64,000 bases of DNA from Shigella phage Z31. Each line of letters begins with the position of its first letter. Positions within the stretch are counted from its first letter, which is position 1. The stretch lies in sequence record MN655999, one strand, 5' to 3'. The notes beneath the pieces are model-generated. The model saw nothing but the letters and a program-made list of their open reading frames with translations. It had not been told where the DNA came from and did not search any database. Both the position numbers and the translations under genes were made by a program. Positions 34,190 to 45,268 of the stretch are shown here, piece after piece.

Positions 34190-34407
34190 TATTTAAACCT
34201 CTATCTCAATTTATGAAGAGTACCAATTCTAATTTGTTGATACTCTATTGTCAAACATTAATTACTGGAAGTTGTGCTTATCTTTAGAAGCTGCTTTACG
34301 TGCAGTTTTTCCAGTTCTTACACGCTTCTCTTCATAGTATTTTGCTGGTTTTCCAGCAGTGGCTTTTAAGGAATCCCCAAAAACTTTTTCAAATGCTTTA
34401 GAGTGTT

Positions 34408-34701
34408 TCATGATATTCTCCGATATACTTGATATTCAAACACATTTTCTTTAATTATAAACAGCCAACCAATATTATGTCGAGGTATAGTAATAGTGAC
34501 TGTTACCATACTGTGATGGAACTTTTCTTCTACCTCAACACCTCCATCACATTTCATGTAGAGCATTCTATAGAACCTATCAACCTTTGTCAAACACTCT
34601 TCCTGAAATTCATTTAAACTTTTTTCTTCAAAGAAGGGTATGAACCCCTCTCTTTTATAACTATCACTCAGTTTCAAACGGGCAGTCATCTGCATCCTCA
34701 C
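34408..34701 (-). CDS. hypothetical protein (97 aa)
   Basis: ORF track. Confidence 0.35.
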   Translation of the reverse strand: MRMQMTARLKLSDSYKREGFIPFFEEKSLNEFQEECLTKVDRFYRMLYMKCDGGVEVEEKFHHSMVTVTITIPRHNIGWLFIIKENVFEYQVYRRIS

Positions 34702-36655
34702 TTAATACAGGTGGAATTGTTGAGCTTTGACGTTGTTCTTCAGTATAGACTTCACCAGTCTCACGGTCAAACACTTCATCCTCATAATGAGGTAAAGAGT
34801 CATCGTAATGGTCTTCAGCTTCACCAATACCAAACTGTTGACGAATATTTTCTGCTGCACCATCAATATCAACACCACATCCAGAAGCTTTGATAAGACG
34901 TCCTGTATCTGGATTGTACCAAGTATGACCAGCAATACCTGTTGACTTACCATGACGACGACATTTAGTTAACTTGATTTTTGTCAAGTTTTTCTTAACA
35001 GGGTCTGGGTCAACCTTGTTACGCATTAACAAAATATTATTCATGGAAATCTGGAAATACGCACCAGAACCCTTGATATCCTCTTCAGAGATATCCCCAC
35101 CTTCAGAGTTAGCTTTCTGACCACCTGCACTCTTACGAACGTGACATACGTTTACCTGTGCGTACTGGTAGCGTTTGCAACGACGCAATAGTTCAGACAA
35201 GACTTCCTCTTCATCTGTATCAGAACGTGACAGAGCCAACGTAATAGGGTCAAGAATAATAATCTTACAGTCTAAACTGTTAACAAGATAGTCAACAAAC
35301 TCTAGCAGGTTATCTTGGTCAATTGCCCCTTGATGGTCAACGATATGGATACGACGACCTTTAGATAGTTCTGCGTGTGCTACCTTTAATTCATCCCAAT
35401 CTCGTTCATCATAAGGAATCTCAGAAATCTGCTTGCTTAGGTGGATTGCACAGAGCATCTCCATCAACTCTTCATAGGTATCTTCTACAGGAATTACACC
35501 GATATTATAATCAGTTTCTTTCCAAGCTGAATAAATCATCTCACGAGTGTAAGCTGACTTACCTACTGAAGATGGTGCTGCGATAGTCGTAATCTCGCCT
35601 AAACCGTAACCACCGTAAGTTAGCCTGTTCAAGTCCCCGAAAGATTCTGGGAAAGGAATTAATGGAATCTGACCACGATTCTTCATTGCCTCAAAACCGT
35701 CTGCAAAGTTCTTGATACCAGCAGGGCAGTAACGAGGTGCATTATAGATACGCTGCTTGAATCCTTCCAGAACTGTATCTTTCTCTTTATAAAACTTTGT
35801 CCACCATTCATTAAGGTCTTTTACACCTTCTGGATACTGGAATAAACGAACCTTCTCAATCGGAAGGATACCAGCAGCCTCTTTGGTAGCTTTAGCACCT
35901 GCTTCATCGTTATCAAAGCACAAGTAAATCTCATCAAATGATGTGATGTACTGATAGTTGTCTTTGATAGACTTAATGTTTGCACCTGATGGAACAGATA
36001 CGTGACAGTAATTCTTACGACGAGACTTATCTTTAATCGCCAAAGAAGTCATGTAGATAGCTGTCGCACATTCCATCTCACCTTCCCAGATGAACAGTCG
36101 GTTCCCACCTTCTGGAGCAATCCATGAACCGAACATTGCCAGTTCACCTTTAATATCTCCAACGCCACCTGAAAAGTCTTTTAGCTTACCACGTAGGTGT
36201 TCTTTTGGATGGTCTTCTGGGTAACGGTGACGAACACGGTAGCCAACATGTTCTAGCTTGCCATCTTCATTACGTTTGTAAGTTGGATAGAAATGTGCAT
36301 CAATTTCACCGTCACTATCAATGTCAACCTTGATACCTAAACGTTCAAGGACTTTTGCAGGAATCTTCCTATCTTTCAAGTCCATTGCTTCTAGGTTTTC
36401 TTTTACATCATCTAAATCCATTCCACGGAAAGTACGGTTTTTATTATCTGAACCAGTAGAATAAGTGCTCACGATTTGTCCTTTATCAAAATCCCACTCT
36501 GGGAAACCTTTGTTACAGCTAAAGCAAGTCATCGAATAAGAATCATCGTCATGATGGTAGATTGAACCAGCATCTGATGAACCACAACGTGGACATGCAC
36601 AATGACCAATAAACTGACCAGCCTCTTTCAATTTACGACCTTTAGACATTAGCAC
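34664..36655 (-). CDS. DNA primase-helicase (zinc-binding domain, TOPRIM, DnaB-like helicase)
   Basis: N-terminal CPRCGSSD...CFSC zinc ribbon; TOPRIM-like CFDNDEAG; Walker A APSSVGKSAYT. Confidence 0.85.
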   Translation of the reverse strand: MLMSKGRKLKEAGQFIGHCACPRCGSSDAGSIYHHDDDSYSMTCFSCNKGFPEWDFDKGQIVSTYSTGSDNKNRTFRGMDLDDVKENLEAMDLKDRKIPAKVLERLGIKVDIDSDGEIDAHFYPTYKRNEDGKLEHVGYRVRHRYPEDHPKEHLRGKLKDFSGGVGDIKGELAMFGSWIAPEGGNRLFIWEGEMECATAIYMTSLAIKDKSRRKNYCHVSVPSGANIKSIKDNYQYITSFDEIYLCFDNDEAGAKATKEAAGILPIEKVRLFQYPEGVKDLNEWWTKFYKEKDTVLEGFKQRIYNAPRYCPAGIKNFADGFEAMKNRGQIPLIPFPESFGDLNRLTYGGYGLGEITTIAAPSSVGKSAYTREMIYSAWKETDYNIGVIPVEDTYEELMEMLCAIHLSKQISEIPYDERDWDELKVAHAELSKGRRIHIVDHQGAIDQDNLLEFVDYLVNSLDCKIIILDPITLALSRSDTDEEEVLSELLRRCKRYQYAQVNVCHVRKSAGGQKANSEGGDISEEDIKGSGAYFQISMNNILLMRNKVDPDPVKKNLTKIKLTKCRRHGKSTGIAGHTWYNPDTGRLIKASGCGVDIDGAAENIRQQFGIGEAEDHYDDSLPHYEDEVFDRETGEVYTEEQRQSSTIPPVLSEDADDCPFETE

Positions 36656-36842
36656 CTCTTCGTTGTAGTTCTGCCTTCAATCCATTTTCAATCTTGTCCA
36701 GTTCATGAATTTCATCTGCAATCTCTTTCCTTCGTGATTCAACTCTCTTAAGACGTTCAATCATTACCTCATTGGAAAGAGATGAGAGTTCCACTAAACG
36801 ATGGTCAATAACCTTAAAATTATCTTTTACTCTCATCTTCAT
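36642..36842 (-). CDS. small coiled-coil protein (66 aa)
   Basis: ORF track. Confidence 0.4.
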   Translation of the reverse strand: MKMRVKDNFKVIDHRLVELSSLSNEVMIERLKRVESRRKEIADEIHELDKIENGLKAELQRRGANV

Positions 36843-36850
36843 TCTCTCTT

Positions 36851-37594
36851 TTAAATTTTCAGGATAGCTCTTAGCTTACTTTCAAGGTCTGCAAGAGTAC
36901 CATTATTATGGATAATGTCACGCGCATATTTGGTAGAAATTCCATTTTCTGAAACATGTGATGAAACCTTGTCCACATTGTCTCTTTTTACTTCAATAAT
37001 CTGGTGTGCAAATCTACTCAGCCACTCAGCTTCAGAGTCAAACCTTAAGTCACTGATTAAAACAACACCCTCTTGATTCATAAGTGAACAAGATTCAAAG
37101 AAGCGAGCCATTCGTTTTTCAAGGTCTTTAGCCCAGAATTTGTCACCCATAACTTTACGGATTACTTCAGTGCCCCAAATCTGTTGAATTTGTCTTGATG
37201 AGAATTTATACTTCTTGCTAAATCCCAGACGTGTCAATAGAGTTGGCTTAGCAACCTTCTTAAGTTCCATGATTAATCGTCCGGTTAACTCCGACATAAG
37301 CTTAAAGTCCATATGGTAACGTTCATCTCTGAAGGTGAACTCCATAGCTTCCGTAACTTTACCCATAAGTTCAGAGTATGATAAATCAAAAACCTGTGGA
37401 GTCTCTTTAGTTTCGCCGTACAGGTCATTCCATGTCAAGTCAAATATCTTTGATGCAGATAGCTTAAGATTGTCTGCATAGGCCATTACTGCAACATTGT
37501 AGCCATACTCATCTTCTAGGATATTCTTAACAATAGAGCATGAGGTATCTTTTCCAGAACGTGCCTTTCCAGTAAATGCGATAATATTACTCAT
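36851..37594 (-). CDS. deoxynucleoside monophosphate kinase
   Basis: P-loop FTGKARSGKDT and overall block order resemble T4 gp1 dNMP kinase. Confidence 0.7.
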   Translation of the reverse strand: MSNIIAFTGKARSGKDTSCSIVKNILEDEYGYNVAVMAYADNLKLSASKIFDLTWNDLYGETKETPQVFDLSYSELMGKVTEAMEFTFRDERYHMDFKLMSELTGRLIMELKKVAKPTLLTRLGFSKKYKFSSRQIQQIWGTEVIRKVMGDKFWAKDLEKRMARFFESCSLMNQEGVVLISDLRFDSEAEWLSRFAHQIIEVKRDNVDKVSSHVSENGISTKYARDIIHNNGTLADLESKLRAILKI

Positions 37595-37655
37595 TTTGTC
37601 TCCCTTAATTACTAAAAAGCCCCCAACTAAGGAGGCTTGTAAGATTTATAAAGAC

Positions 37656-38468
37656 TTAGTGCAGTTGGTCACTGGTAATCTGTGAATGCTCTTTTTCAGC
37701 CATAGCTGAGATTTGCTTCACAAAATCATCACCGAAGTTAATACGCAGCTTCTCTTCAATGATTGAAGCACCAATGTTTACCAAAACATCATTGATTGCT
37801 TGCATACTGACACCACCAGTCATCTCCTCAACAAACTCAATGGTTACACCCAACATCTGAGAAAGTTGGATTAGTGCAACGATATTCATCATTGTAGAGA
37901 TAGCGGGAATCATCAGAGCAACCTTCACCTGTAGTGGTTCTACATCAGCTACAGAGTCATCTTTCACAGCTTCTGCTAAAGAGTCTTTAGTTTGCTGGAT
38001 AATCTCTTTGATTCGTGGGTTTAACTCTTCTACACCCCAATCAAGTTTTTCATATCGTGACAGCTTCTCTTCCATTCGCTTCTCAAGAGCAGCCATAACA
38101 GCACTCGTTGACGAAATTAACAGGTCAACTAGCTCATTATTATCTAAGAGTAGTAGTGAGTCTTTTTCTTCAGGTGTCATGGCAATATAGTCATTTTTCT
38201 GCATCTCATAAAAAATGAACTCTGCAAGAGCATCAACACCTACAACAATAGATGCTAAGGCAAGCTTTTTGTCACACAGCATCATATTAACCTGTTCTGC
38301 AAAAGCACCGTTATCAGACTTGTCTTTAGGCAAGTTATAGCTTGCAGGCATAAACTGTTCTGTGTAGTTGTTTCCACGAAGAATCATAGCCATGCTTTCT
38401 ACGGCATTGATTAAGAATGCTTCGTCAATACCTTTTTCTTCAAGCATCTGGTCTACAGTAGTATTCAT
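37656..38468 (-). CDS. hypothetical protein (270 aa)
   Basis: ORF track. Confidence 0.5.
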   Translation of the reverse strand: MNTTVDQMLEEKGIDEAFLINAVESMAMILRGNNYTEQFMPASYNLPKDKSDNGAFAEQVNMMLCDKKLALASIVVGVDALAEFIFYEMQKNDYIAMTPEEKDSLLLLDNNELVDLLISSTSAVMAALEKRMEEKLSRYEKLDWGVEELNPRIKEIIQQTKDSLAEAVKDDSVADVEPLQVKVALMIPAISTMMNIVALIQLSQMLGVTIEFVEEMTGGVSMQAINDVLVNIGASIIEEKLRINFGDDFVKQISAMAEKEHSQITSDQLH

Positions 38469-38469
38469 A

Positions 38470-38892
38470 TTATTTCTCTCTCAGTTGGTTAAGTTTCTTT
38501 CTAGAACATTTTAAGTTTTCAGATGAAGAAAAGTCAAGTGTCTTTTCAGAACGTGGATAGTAATGCCTATCCCAAGAAGTTTCAACATCGTTAATCAGTG
38601 ACGCTAGATTACACAGGTCTGTACCACTTTGCAACCTCTTTTTAAGAGAATCTAGTAAAGCAACTGTGTCTTTAGCTTTACGCCTCGCTGTAGCAACATC
38701 TTTCATATGCTCAAATACAGAGCATTTTAAGTCATCTTCATAGTTTTCAGACAACTCTATTTCATGTTGTATATCAACCATTCTCCTGTGATGGTGAGCA
38801 TATTCCCGTTGAGCAGCAATGTCAAGTTCTTCCAACTTCTGCAAAGCTCTAACAAAGTCAGCTATGTCTGGGTGAACAAACATTTTCTGCAT
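38470..38892 (-). CDS. hypothetical protein (140 aa); first gene of minus-strand block
   Basis: ORF track. Confidence 0.5.
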   Translation of the reverse strand: MQKMFVHPDIADFVRALQKLEELDIAAQREYAHHHRRMVDIQHEIELSENYEDDLKCSVFEHMKDVATARRKAKDTVALLDSLKKRLQSGTDLCNLASLINDVETSWDRHYYPRSEKTLDFSSSENLKCSRKKLNQLREK

Positions 38893-39149
38893 GTAAGCCT
38901 CTTTTAAGTAACTATTAAGTTTTAATCTTTTATCTTAACGTATTCTATACGTTATACTTTAAAGCTTTTTAAAAGCTATTAAATAATCTTTTAAGAGTTT
39001 TAAAGTATCTGTATAGTTAAACTGTTAAGTAACCTTTTAAGTAAAAACCCACTTCGCAAAGATTAACACCTTGTCAAGTACATTGTCAACTTGCTTTTTA
39101 TAATTTTTTGCAGTAATGTATGTGGTTAATGATTTTAGAGGGAGTAAAA
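38893..39149. promoter_or_regulatory. AT-rich divergent intergenic region between minus- and plus-strand blocks
   Basis: TTGTCA and TATAAT hexamers present but spacing not canonical. Confidence 0.3.
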
Positions 39150-41849
39150 ATGGAAAACGTAGATTTTAAAAACTTACATTTAGTTGGCGATACAGAAACT
39201 GATGGTTTACTCCTTGAGTTCACTAAAGTGCACGTAATGGCTTTCGCAGACTATAAATCTGACGATGAAGAGCCACCTGTATGGGTCTTTACAGATGAGC
39301 CTATCCTCGGTCACAAGTATACCAAGTACATTAAGGGTGGTTTGCGTGAAGGTGTTGAGTTTGCGTTAAAGGCAAAACGACTTTGCATCCACAATGGTCT
39401 GGGGTATGACTGGTGGGTTTTCAATCACATTGCACCCGATTTGTGGAACTTTGATAATCCAAAGTGTAAGCCGTGGAGTAATTTCTTTCAGGATTCTCTT
39501 ATCCAGTCTCGTGTTCAGTGGATGGATAGACCAACTCCAAAGGGCTATAAAGGTGCTCATGGTTTGGCTGCATGGGGTGCTCGTGTTGGTGTCCGTAAAC
39601 CAGAGATTGAACATTGGGGTGTGTGGAATGCAGAAATCTTCACTCGTGTTGTGGAAGATATCCGTATTAACGCCAAAACTAAACGTGCACTGGATAATGA
39701 ATATCTCAAGCTGAAGAAGTGTGGCGTAGATACTTATGAAACCTACATGCGAGCTAAAGAAACATCTTTCTGGATGAGTCAACAGGCTATCAATGGTTGG
39801 AAAGCTGATAAAGAACTTATGGAGTTCCATGTAAAGGAACTTGACAAGTTGACTAATGAGCTTGCTTCAGAAGTTGAACCACATCTTCCTCCAACTATTA
39901 AGACCAAAGGTAAAGTCACTGGAGAAGAGTTTGCAAAAGCTTGGAATGAGTATGTTGAAGCATTTGGTCATGCAGATGGACTGAAGAGAATTACCAAGTA
40001 CCCTAAGACAAAGTATCGTCAACAGGTACGTAACGGTGAGATGCAGACATATGAAATCAAGCCGTTTGGTAAGCCAACTACAAAGATTTTTAACATTGAA
40101 AAGCGGAATTGCTATACACCAACCAACACTGTAACTGGCGAAGAGTACAAGGAAGGTTTTGTAGCAATGAAGGATGCTCGTGCAATTTGCAACGAGTTGA
40201 ATGCAAAGATTGGTAAGAAATGCAAAGACTGGAAGCCAGTAAAAACAGTTAAAACTGTGAAGTACTATAACAGTCATGTTGTTAACCACTTTGAACTTGA
40301 GTCAAGTCGCTACACAGGTTTGATTGATGCACCATATACACCAATTGAGTTCGAAGTTTCTCGTATGACTCAGGTAGCAGTTGTTAAAGACTACTTGAAA
40401 TCAGTTGGTTGGATTCCAGATGACTGGAACTACAAGAAAGACTCAGATGGTCGTCCTGTTAAGGTTTGTCGTTTCAAAGACAACAAAAAGATGATTACAA
40501 AACATCCTAAGTGGGATGAGATGGTGGAACGGTGTGGTTTGAGTTATGTTGAACATGAAGGTGTCCAGTACATTGAACATAACTGGTCTGTGAAGAAGTA
40601 CACAGATTTGCTTGAGCCTTGTTTAATCCGTACTTCACCAAAACTTACTGAATCATCTTATGATACGATTGAAGGTGAGCTTGGACAGAAGATTGCGAAA
40701 TACTATACTTTGATGCACCGACGTAGAACTATTGAGAACTCAAAAGATGATGAAAAAGGTTGGTTGAACCAGATTCGTCCAGATGGTCGCCTTAGTGCTG
40801 GTGCAATGGTGTTTGGTACTTCAACTGGACGTATGACACAATATGGTATTGTAAACGTACCGTCTGGTGCTGCTGTCTATGGAGCGCCTATGAGGGCAGT
40901 GTGGATTTGTGAAGAGGGGACTAACATTGTTTCTGTTGACCAGAACTCAGCCCAGCTAGTCCTTCTTTGTAACTTTATGGGTGATGAAGACTTCACTAAA
41001 GCAGTAACTGAGGGTAAAGAGTCAGTAGAGTTCACTAAGCAAGATGATGGTAGATACTACTGTAAGCATCTTGATAAGTACCTTAACCCAGAAACTGACA
41101 AGTATCTGCGTTATGATGCTGAAAATGACCTCTATGAAGTCTACACAGGGACTGATGCGCATACACTGAACAGTATTTACTTTGGTCTTAACAAAGAAGA
41201 GGATATTGTTCGTTGCAGGGAGACACAGGATGAGGAACTTCTTCACGAGATTACAAAAGGTCGTAAGAAGAGCAAAAATGGCATCTACGCCCTGTTATTT
41301 GGAGCCGGAGACGAGAAGTTTGCAAAAACTATCAAGGCATCATCTACGGAAGAAGGTGCATTGACTAAACAAACTTACTATATGCGTCTGCCAAAGATTA
41401 AGAAGTTACTTGATAGCTTAGAAGCCGATTTTAAGGCGTCTAAAAAGGCTCTGGAAGAGGTTTTTGGGAAGAACTCTTCAATTGCTAAAGGTGGTTATAT
41501 CAGGGTCGCTGGAGCATGGATATGGTGCAAATCTCCACATAAACTACTGAACTACCTCCTGATGAGTTCGGAAGCACAGATTCAGAATGAAGCCATCAAC
41601 CTAGCAGCAAGAAAAGCCTGTGAAGATGGCCTGACAAAACTGAATGCTCGAAAACCAGCTATCGGAGCAAGGTTACTTCTGGCATATCACGACGAAAATA
41701 GTTGGGAATGCCCAGAGGGTATGACACATGATATGAAAGCAATTGCTGACTGGATGTATGGGCAAGCTTCAAAAAACTTAGGTTTGAGGAAAGAAACACT
41801 TGTAACTGGTACAGCAAAGGTTGGTAAGAGCTGGTATGAGGTACATTGA
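39150..41849 (+). CDS. DNA polymerase, family A, with 3'-5' exonuclease domain
   Basis: Exo I LVGDTETDGL; motif B-like RKKSKNGIYALLFGAG; motif C AYHDENSWE; RBS GAGGGAG; track start 39120 judged too early. Confidence 0.85.
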   Translation: MENVDFKNLHLVGDTETDGLLLEFTKVHVMAFADYKSDDEEPPVWVFTDEPILGHKYTKYIKGGLREGVEFALKAKRLCIHNGLGYDWWVFNHIAPDLWNFDNPKCKPWSNFFQDSLIQSRVQWMDRPTPKGYKGAHGLAAWGARVGVRKPEIEHWGVWNAEIFTRVVEDIRINAKTKRALDNEYLKLKKCGVDTYETYMRAKETSFWMSQQAINGWKADKELMEFHVKELDKLTNELASEVEPHLPPTIKTKGKVTGEEFAKAWNEYVEAFGHADGLKRITKYPKTKYRQQVRNGEMQTYEIKPFGKPTTKIFNIEKRNCYTPTNTVTGEEYKEGFVAMKDARAICNELNAKIGKKCKDWKPVKTVKTVKYYNSHVVNHFELESSRYTGLIDAPYTPIEFEVSRMTQVAVVKDYLKSVGWIPDDWNYKKDSDGRPVKVCRFKDNKKMITKHPKWDEMVERCGLSYVEHEGVQYIEHNWSVKKYTDLLEPCLIRTSPKLTESSYDTIEGELGQKIAKYYTLMHRRRTIENSKDDEKGWLNQIRPDGRLSAGAMVFGTSTGRMTQYGIVNVPSGAAVYGAPMRAVWICEEGTNIVSVDQNSAQLVLLCNFMGDEDFTKAVTEGKESVEFTKQDDGRYYCKHLDKYLNPETDKYLRYDAENDLYEVYTGTDAHTLNSIYFGLNKEEDIVRCRETQDEELLHEITKGRKKSKNGIYALLFGAGDEKFAKTIKASSTEEGALTKQTYYMRLPKIKKLLDSLEADFKASKKALEEVFGKNSSIAKGGYIRVAGAWIWCKSPHKLLNYLLMSSEAQIQNEAINLAARKACEDGLTKLNARKPAIGARLLLAYHDENSWECPEGMTHDMKAIADWMYGQASKNLGLRKETLVTGTAKVGKSWYEVH

Positions 41850-41852
41850 TTA

Positions 41853-42386
41853 ATGGATTTTATTTTACAAAAACGTTTAAAGGAGCTGCTACACTATGAC
41901 CCCGAAACAGGGGTCTTTACTTGGCTTCGTAGAGAAGGTAAATCAAGAGCTGTTAGTGTTTTTAACAGTAATTATGCAGGAAAGGTGGCAGGTAATATCC
42001 AGACTGATTCAAGTGGTCATAAACAGATTAGTATCTATTTTGACAAGAAAGCACATAAAGCACACAGACTCGCATGGCTTTACGTGTATGGCAAGATGCC
42101 AAAAGGCATCATTGACCATATCAACGGAGACTCACTTGACAACAGGATTGTAAACTTAAGGGAAGCAGATGACTTTCAAAGTGCTTGGAATAAAGGTAAG
42201 CCAGTCACCAATAAATCTGGGTACAAGGGTGTAAGTCTTAAGAAGAAGTCTGGTAAGTGGGTCGCACAGATAAGTTATAGAGGTAAGAAGATGTTTTTAG
42301 GTTATCATGACACACCTGAAGAAGCCCATAAAGCTTACTGTGAAGCTGCTGTGAAACTCCACGGAGAGTTTGCAAAACTAAGTTGA
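41853..42386 (+). CDS. HNH homing endonuclease with AP2 domain (paralogue of 19421-19912)
   Basis: IIDHINGDSLDNRIVNLR; AP2-like YKGVSLKKKSGKWVAQISYRGKKMFLGYHDTPEEAHKAY; shared C-terminus LHGEFA. Confidence 0.8.
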   Translation: MDFILQKRLKELLHYDPETGVFTWLRREGKSRAVSVFNSNYAGKVAGNIQTDSSGHKQISIYFDKKAHKAHRLAWLYVYGKMPKGIIDHINGDSLDNRIVNLREADDFQSAWNKGKPVTNKSGYKGVSLKKKSGKWVAQISYRGKKMFLGYHDTPEEAHKAYCEAAVKLHGEFAKLS

Positions 42387-42437
42387 CAAGGTGCTCATGG
42401 AAGAGTACCTTATACAATATCTTATATAGGAGGTTAT

Positions 42438-42650
42438 ATGACACTTTCAGACGTTATTCAGCAACTTCACGACAACTGCTATACTCCAGAGTTGATTCAA
42501 GAGATGCTTATTGTGGTGATGCCTAGTAAGTTCGTAAAAGGTTTTAATAGTGAATCTTTAAAATCTGCGCATATCCTTATTGTTGACGGTAAGATTGCAA
42601 GAGACCGTACAGGAGTCCTTAAGGGTGAACGTATTAGTATTGACATCTGA
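42438..42650 (+). CDS. hypothetical protein (70 aa)
   Basis: ORF track; strong RBS TAGGAGG. Confidence 0.5.
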   Translation: MTLSDVIQQLHDNCYTPELIQEMLIVVMPSKFVKGFNSESLKSAHILIVDGKIARDRTGVLKGERISIDI

Positions 42651-42667
42651 GTATTAGGGACACCAAA

Positions 42668-42823
42668 ATGAAACGCAAAGTAAAATTATTTAGCTTATAT
42701 GGAAGAGTCGGTAAAGGTTTTGATTGGCAACTGCTACGTTCAGATGTTAAAAGCAACGAGTTAGCACAGCTCATCATAGACTACCGGCGTACATATAGAG
42801 AAGTAGAACATCGTGAACAATAA
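42668..42823 (+). CDS. small hypothetical protein (51 aa), not in ORF track
   Basis: Hand-translated MKRKVKLFSLYGRVGKGFDWQLLRSDVKSNELAQLIIDYRRTYREVEHREQ. Confidence 0.3.
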   Translation: MKRKVKLFSLYGRVGKGFDWQLLRSDVKSNELAQLIIDYRRTYREVEHREQ

Positions 42824-42838
42824 AACAGGAGATGTGTT

Positions 42839-43075
42839 ATGTGGAAAGCAGTAATTGCACTTGGTGTTATTTTTCTAGCTGGGTGCAACCCTTCTTATGA
42901 AGATAAAAACGCTTCTTACAGTCTCCCACCAGAAATGCAAGATTGTAAAGTCTATAAGCTAAATGGGGATGCAATAAGCACAGATATTGTTGTTGTAAGA
43001 TGTCCAAACTCTCAAACGACAACATCTTATCGTTATGGTAAAAATAGTCAATCACACACTACGGTTATTGAGTGA
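42839..43075 (+). CDS. small lipoprotein (78 aa)
   Basis: Signal peptide with lipobox LAGC; RBS AGGAG. Confidence 0.55.
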   Translation: MWKAVIALGVIFLAGCNPSYEDKNASYSLPPEMQDCKVYKLNGDAISTDIVVVRCPNSQTTTSYRYGKNSQSHTTVIE

Positions 43076-43085
43076 GGTTTTTACG

Positions 43086-43292
43086 ATGCAAGTCTTAGTA
43101 AACTATATCTACTGTTATGATACTGTTCACTCCACTACAACCTTAGCTCAACGTAACCCAATCGTCCCACGAGAAGGTGAGTTTGTTCGAATCGAGGGTT
43201 GGACTTACACTGTGGAAAGCATCATTCATAAGTTTGATGTTGCTGGTGATGTTCAAGTTATTGACGTAGAAATTGGTGGTAAGAGAAAATGA
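43086..43292 (+). CDS. hypothetical protein (68 aa; internal Met of track ORF)
   Basis: RBS GAGG upstream; stop overlaps ligase start. Confidence 0.4.
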   Translation: MQVLVNYIYCYDTVHSTTTLAQRNPIVPREGEFVRIEGWTYTVESIIHKFDVAGDVQVIDVEIGGKRK

Positions 43293-44392
43293 CAATACTG
43301 TACAAACAAAATAAAGATGGCTCTTTCAACGTCTGGTCATGCGTTGCTGTAGGTGACAAAGTTATTACAACCTACGGTAAAGAAAATGGCAAGATGATGT
43401 TTGAAGAGTATACAGCAGAACCTAAAAACATCGGTAAAAAGAATGAGCGTAACGCTGAACAGCAAGCTCTCTTTGAAGTTGCTGCTAAGTATAAAAAGCA
43501 GGTTGACCGCAAAGGTTATGCTTACACAAAAGAGTCTGCACAGAATACTGAGAAGGTAGGTGTACAGCTTGCTCATGATGCTGCAAAGGTTAGCCATGCA
43601 AAGTATCTGAAGTTCCCTGCTGATGCTCAACCGAAACTTGATGGTGTCCGTTGTAGGATTTCAAGGCACTTGAGTATTGGCAGTGTATTTACAGCATATT
43701 CTCGTGAGAATACTGTTTACAAAATCCCTACTGAACTAATACCTGACATTATGGCAATGTTAAGGCTCCACAAAGATGTTGATGAATTTGATGGAGAGAT
43801 TTATGCTCATGGGTGGGACTTAGAAGATATCGTCTCCATGATTAAAAATGAAGATAATCCTGACAGACACTTGCTCAAGTTTTACTGGTACGATATCTGT
43901 GACAGCACTAAGACGTGGCCTGAGCGTAGAGATATTATTGAGACTTCACCATTGAATGACTTTAGAGATGGCTGTAAAGTTGTCCCTGTTAAGTCTCGTC
44001 GTGTAAATTCTTGGGAAGAATTCGATGAAGCTCATGATAAGTGGGTTGAAGCTAAGTTTGAAGGTGCAATGTACCGTTCAATTTCTGAAGACTCTTTCTA
44101 TGAGTGTTGTCACCGTTCATACTTCTTGATTAAGCACAAGAAGATGCACACTGAAGAGTTTAAAGTGACTGGTGTAAAGACCGATAAACGTGGTCATGGC
44201 AAGTTCGTTGTAGAGACTCTTCCTAACGTCTTTGTAGATGTCTCATGGAAGACTACTCATGAGAAGAAACAGTATCTTGCTGAGCATCCTGAAGAGTTTA
44301 TCGGGAAGCCTTTAACGGTTCAGTTCCAGAAGATGACTCGTAAGGGGTCTTTACAGTTCCCTGTCGGGCTAGTTATTAGGGATTATGAATAA
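43289..44392 (+). CDS. lig: ATP-dependent DNA ligase
   Basis: Adenylation motif I PKLDGVRC; 367 aa. Confidence 0.8.
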   Translation: MTILYKQNKDGSFNVWSCVAVGDKVITTYGKENGKMMFEEYTAEPKNIGKKNERNAEQQALFEVAAKYKKQVDRKGYAYTKESAQNTEKVGVQLAHDAAKVSHAKYLKFPADAQPKLDGVRCRISRHLSIGSVFTAYSRENTVYKIPTELIPDIMAMLRLHKDVDEFDGEIYAHGWDLEDIVSMIKNEDNPDRHLLKFYWYDICDSTKTWPERRDIIETSPLNDFRDGCKVVPVKSRRVNSWEEFDEAHDKWVEAKFEGAMYRSISEDSFYECCHRSYFLIKHKKMHTEEFKVTGVKTDKRGHGKFVVETLPNVFVDVSWKTTHEKKQYLAEHPEEFIGKPLTVQFQKMTRKGSLQFPVGLVIRDYE

Positions 44393-44398
44393 AAGTTG

Positions 44399-44426
44399 TT
44401 GACATAGAAAATTTGGTGAGTATACT
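44399..44426 (+). promoter_or_regulatory. sigma70-like promoter TTGACA-16-TATACT
   Basis: -35 at 44399-44404, -10 at 44421-44426; directly downstream of ligase stop. Confidence 0.5.
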
Positions 44427-44456
44427 GAGCAGCATAAACCAACGGGTACTCACCAG

Positions 44457-44495
44457 CATCACTTAAGAGTCTTCTAAGAGGGTTTTTAAGTGATG
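44457..44495 (+). repeat. 39-nt element with perfect 10-bp inverted repeat CATCACTTAA / TTAAGTGATG (copy 1)
   Basis: Same element recurs at 45879-45917 and 46138-46176. Confidence 0.6.
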
Positions 44496-44575
44496 TTCGG
44501 TATGGTGCGGTAGTGTTTGGTTGGGTATGGCTTTGTATGGTCTGGTAATGTAGGGTCGGGCGCGGTATGGGTGGA
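44496..44575 (+). repeat. GT-rich tract of GGT-based 8-9 nt units
   Basis: ORF-free; strongly strand-asymmetric composition. Confidence 0.5.
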
Positions 44576-44660
44576 TGGTAGTAGCCACGTTAAAAATCTA
44601 CCAAGTTTCTAAAGAGTCTTCTGTTGAGGGTTCTTTACAAACAACTTAACAATAAACTAA

Positions 44661-45266
<606 letters not shown>

Positions 45267-45268
45267 TT

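Noticed and set aside
39120-39149. Upstream ATG at 39120 as DNA polymerase start
   Set aside because: No RBS; the ATG at 39150 is preceded by GAGGGAG at proper spacing.
39366-40289. Minus-strand ORFs 39366..39830 and 39867..40289 inside the DNA polymerase gene
   Set aside because: Antisense to a motif-supported polymerase gene; no RBS.
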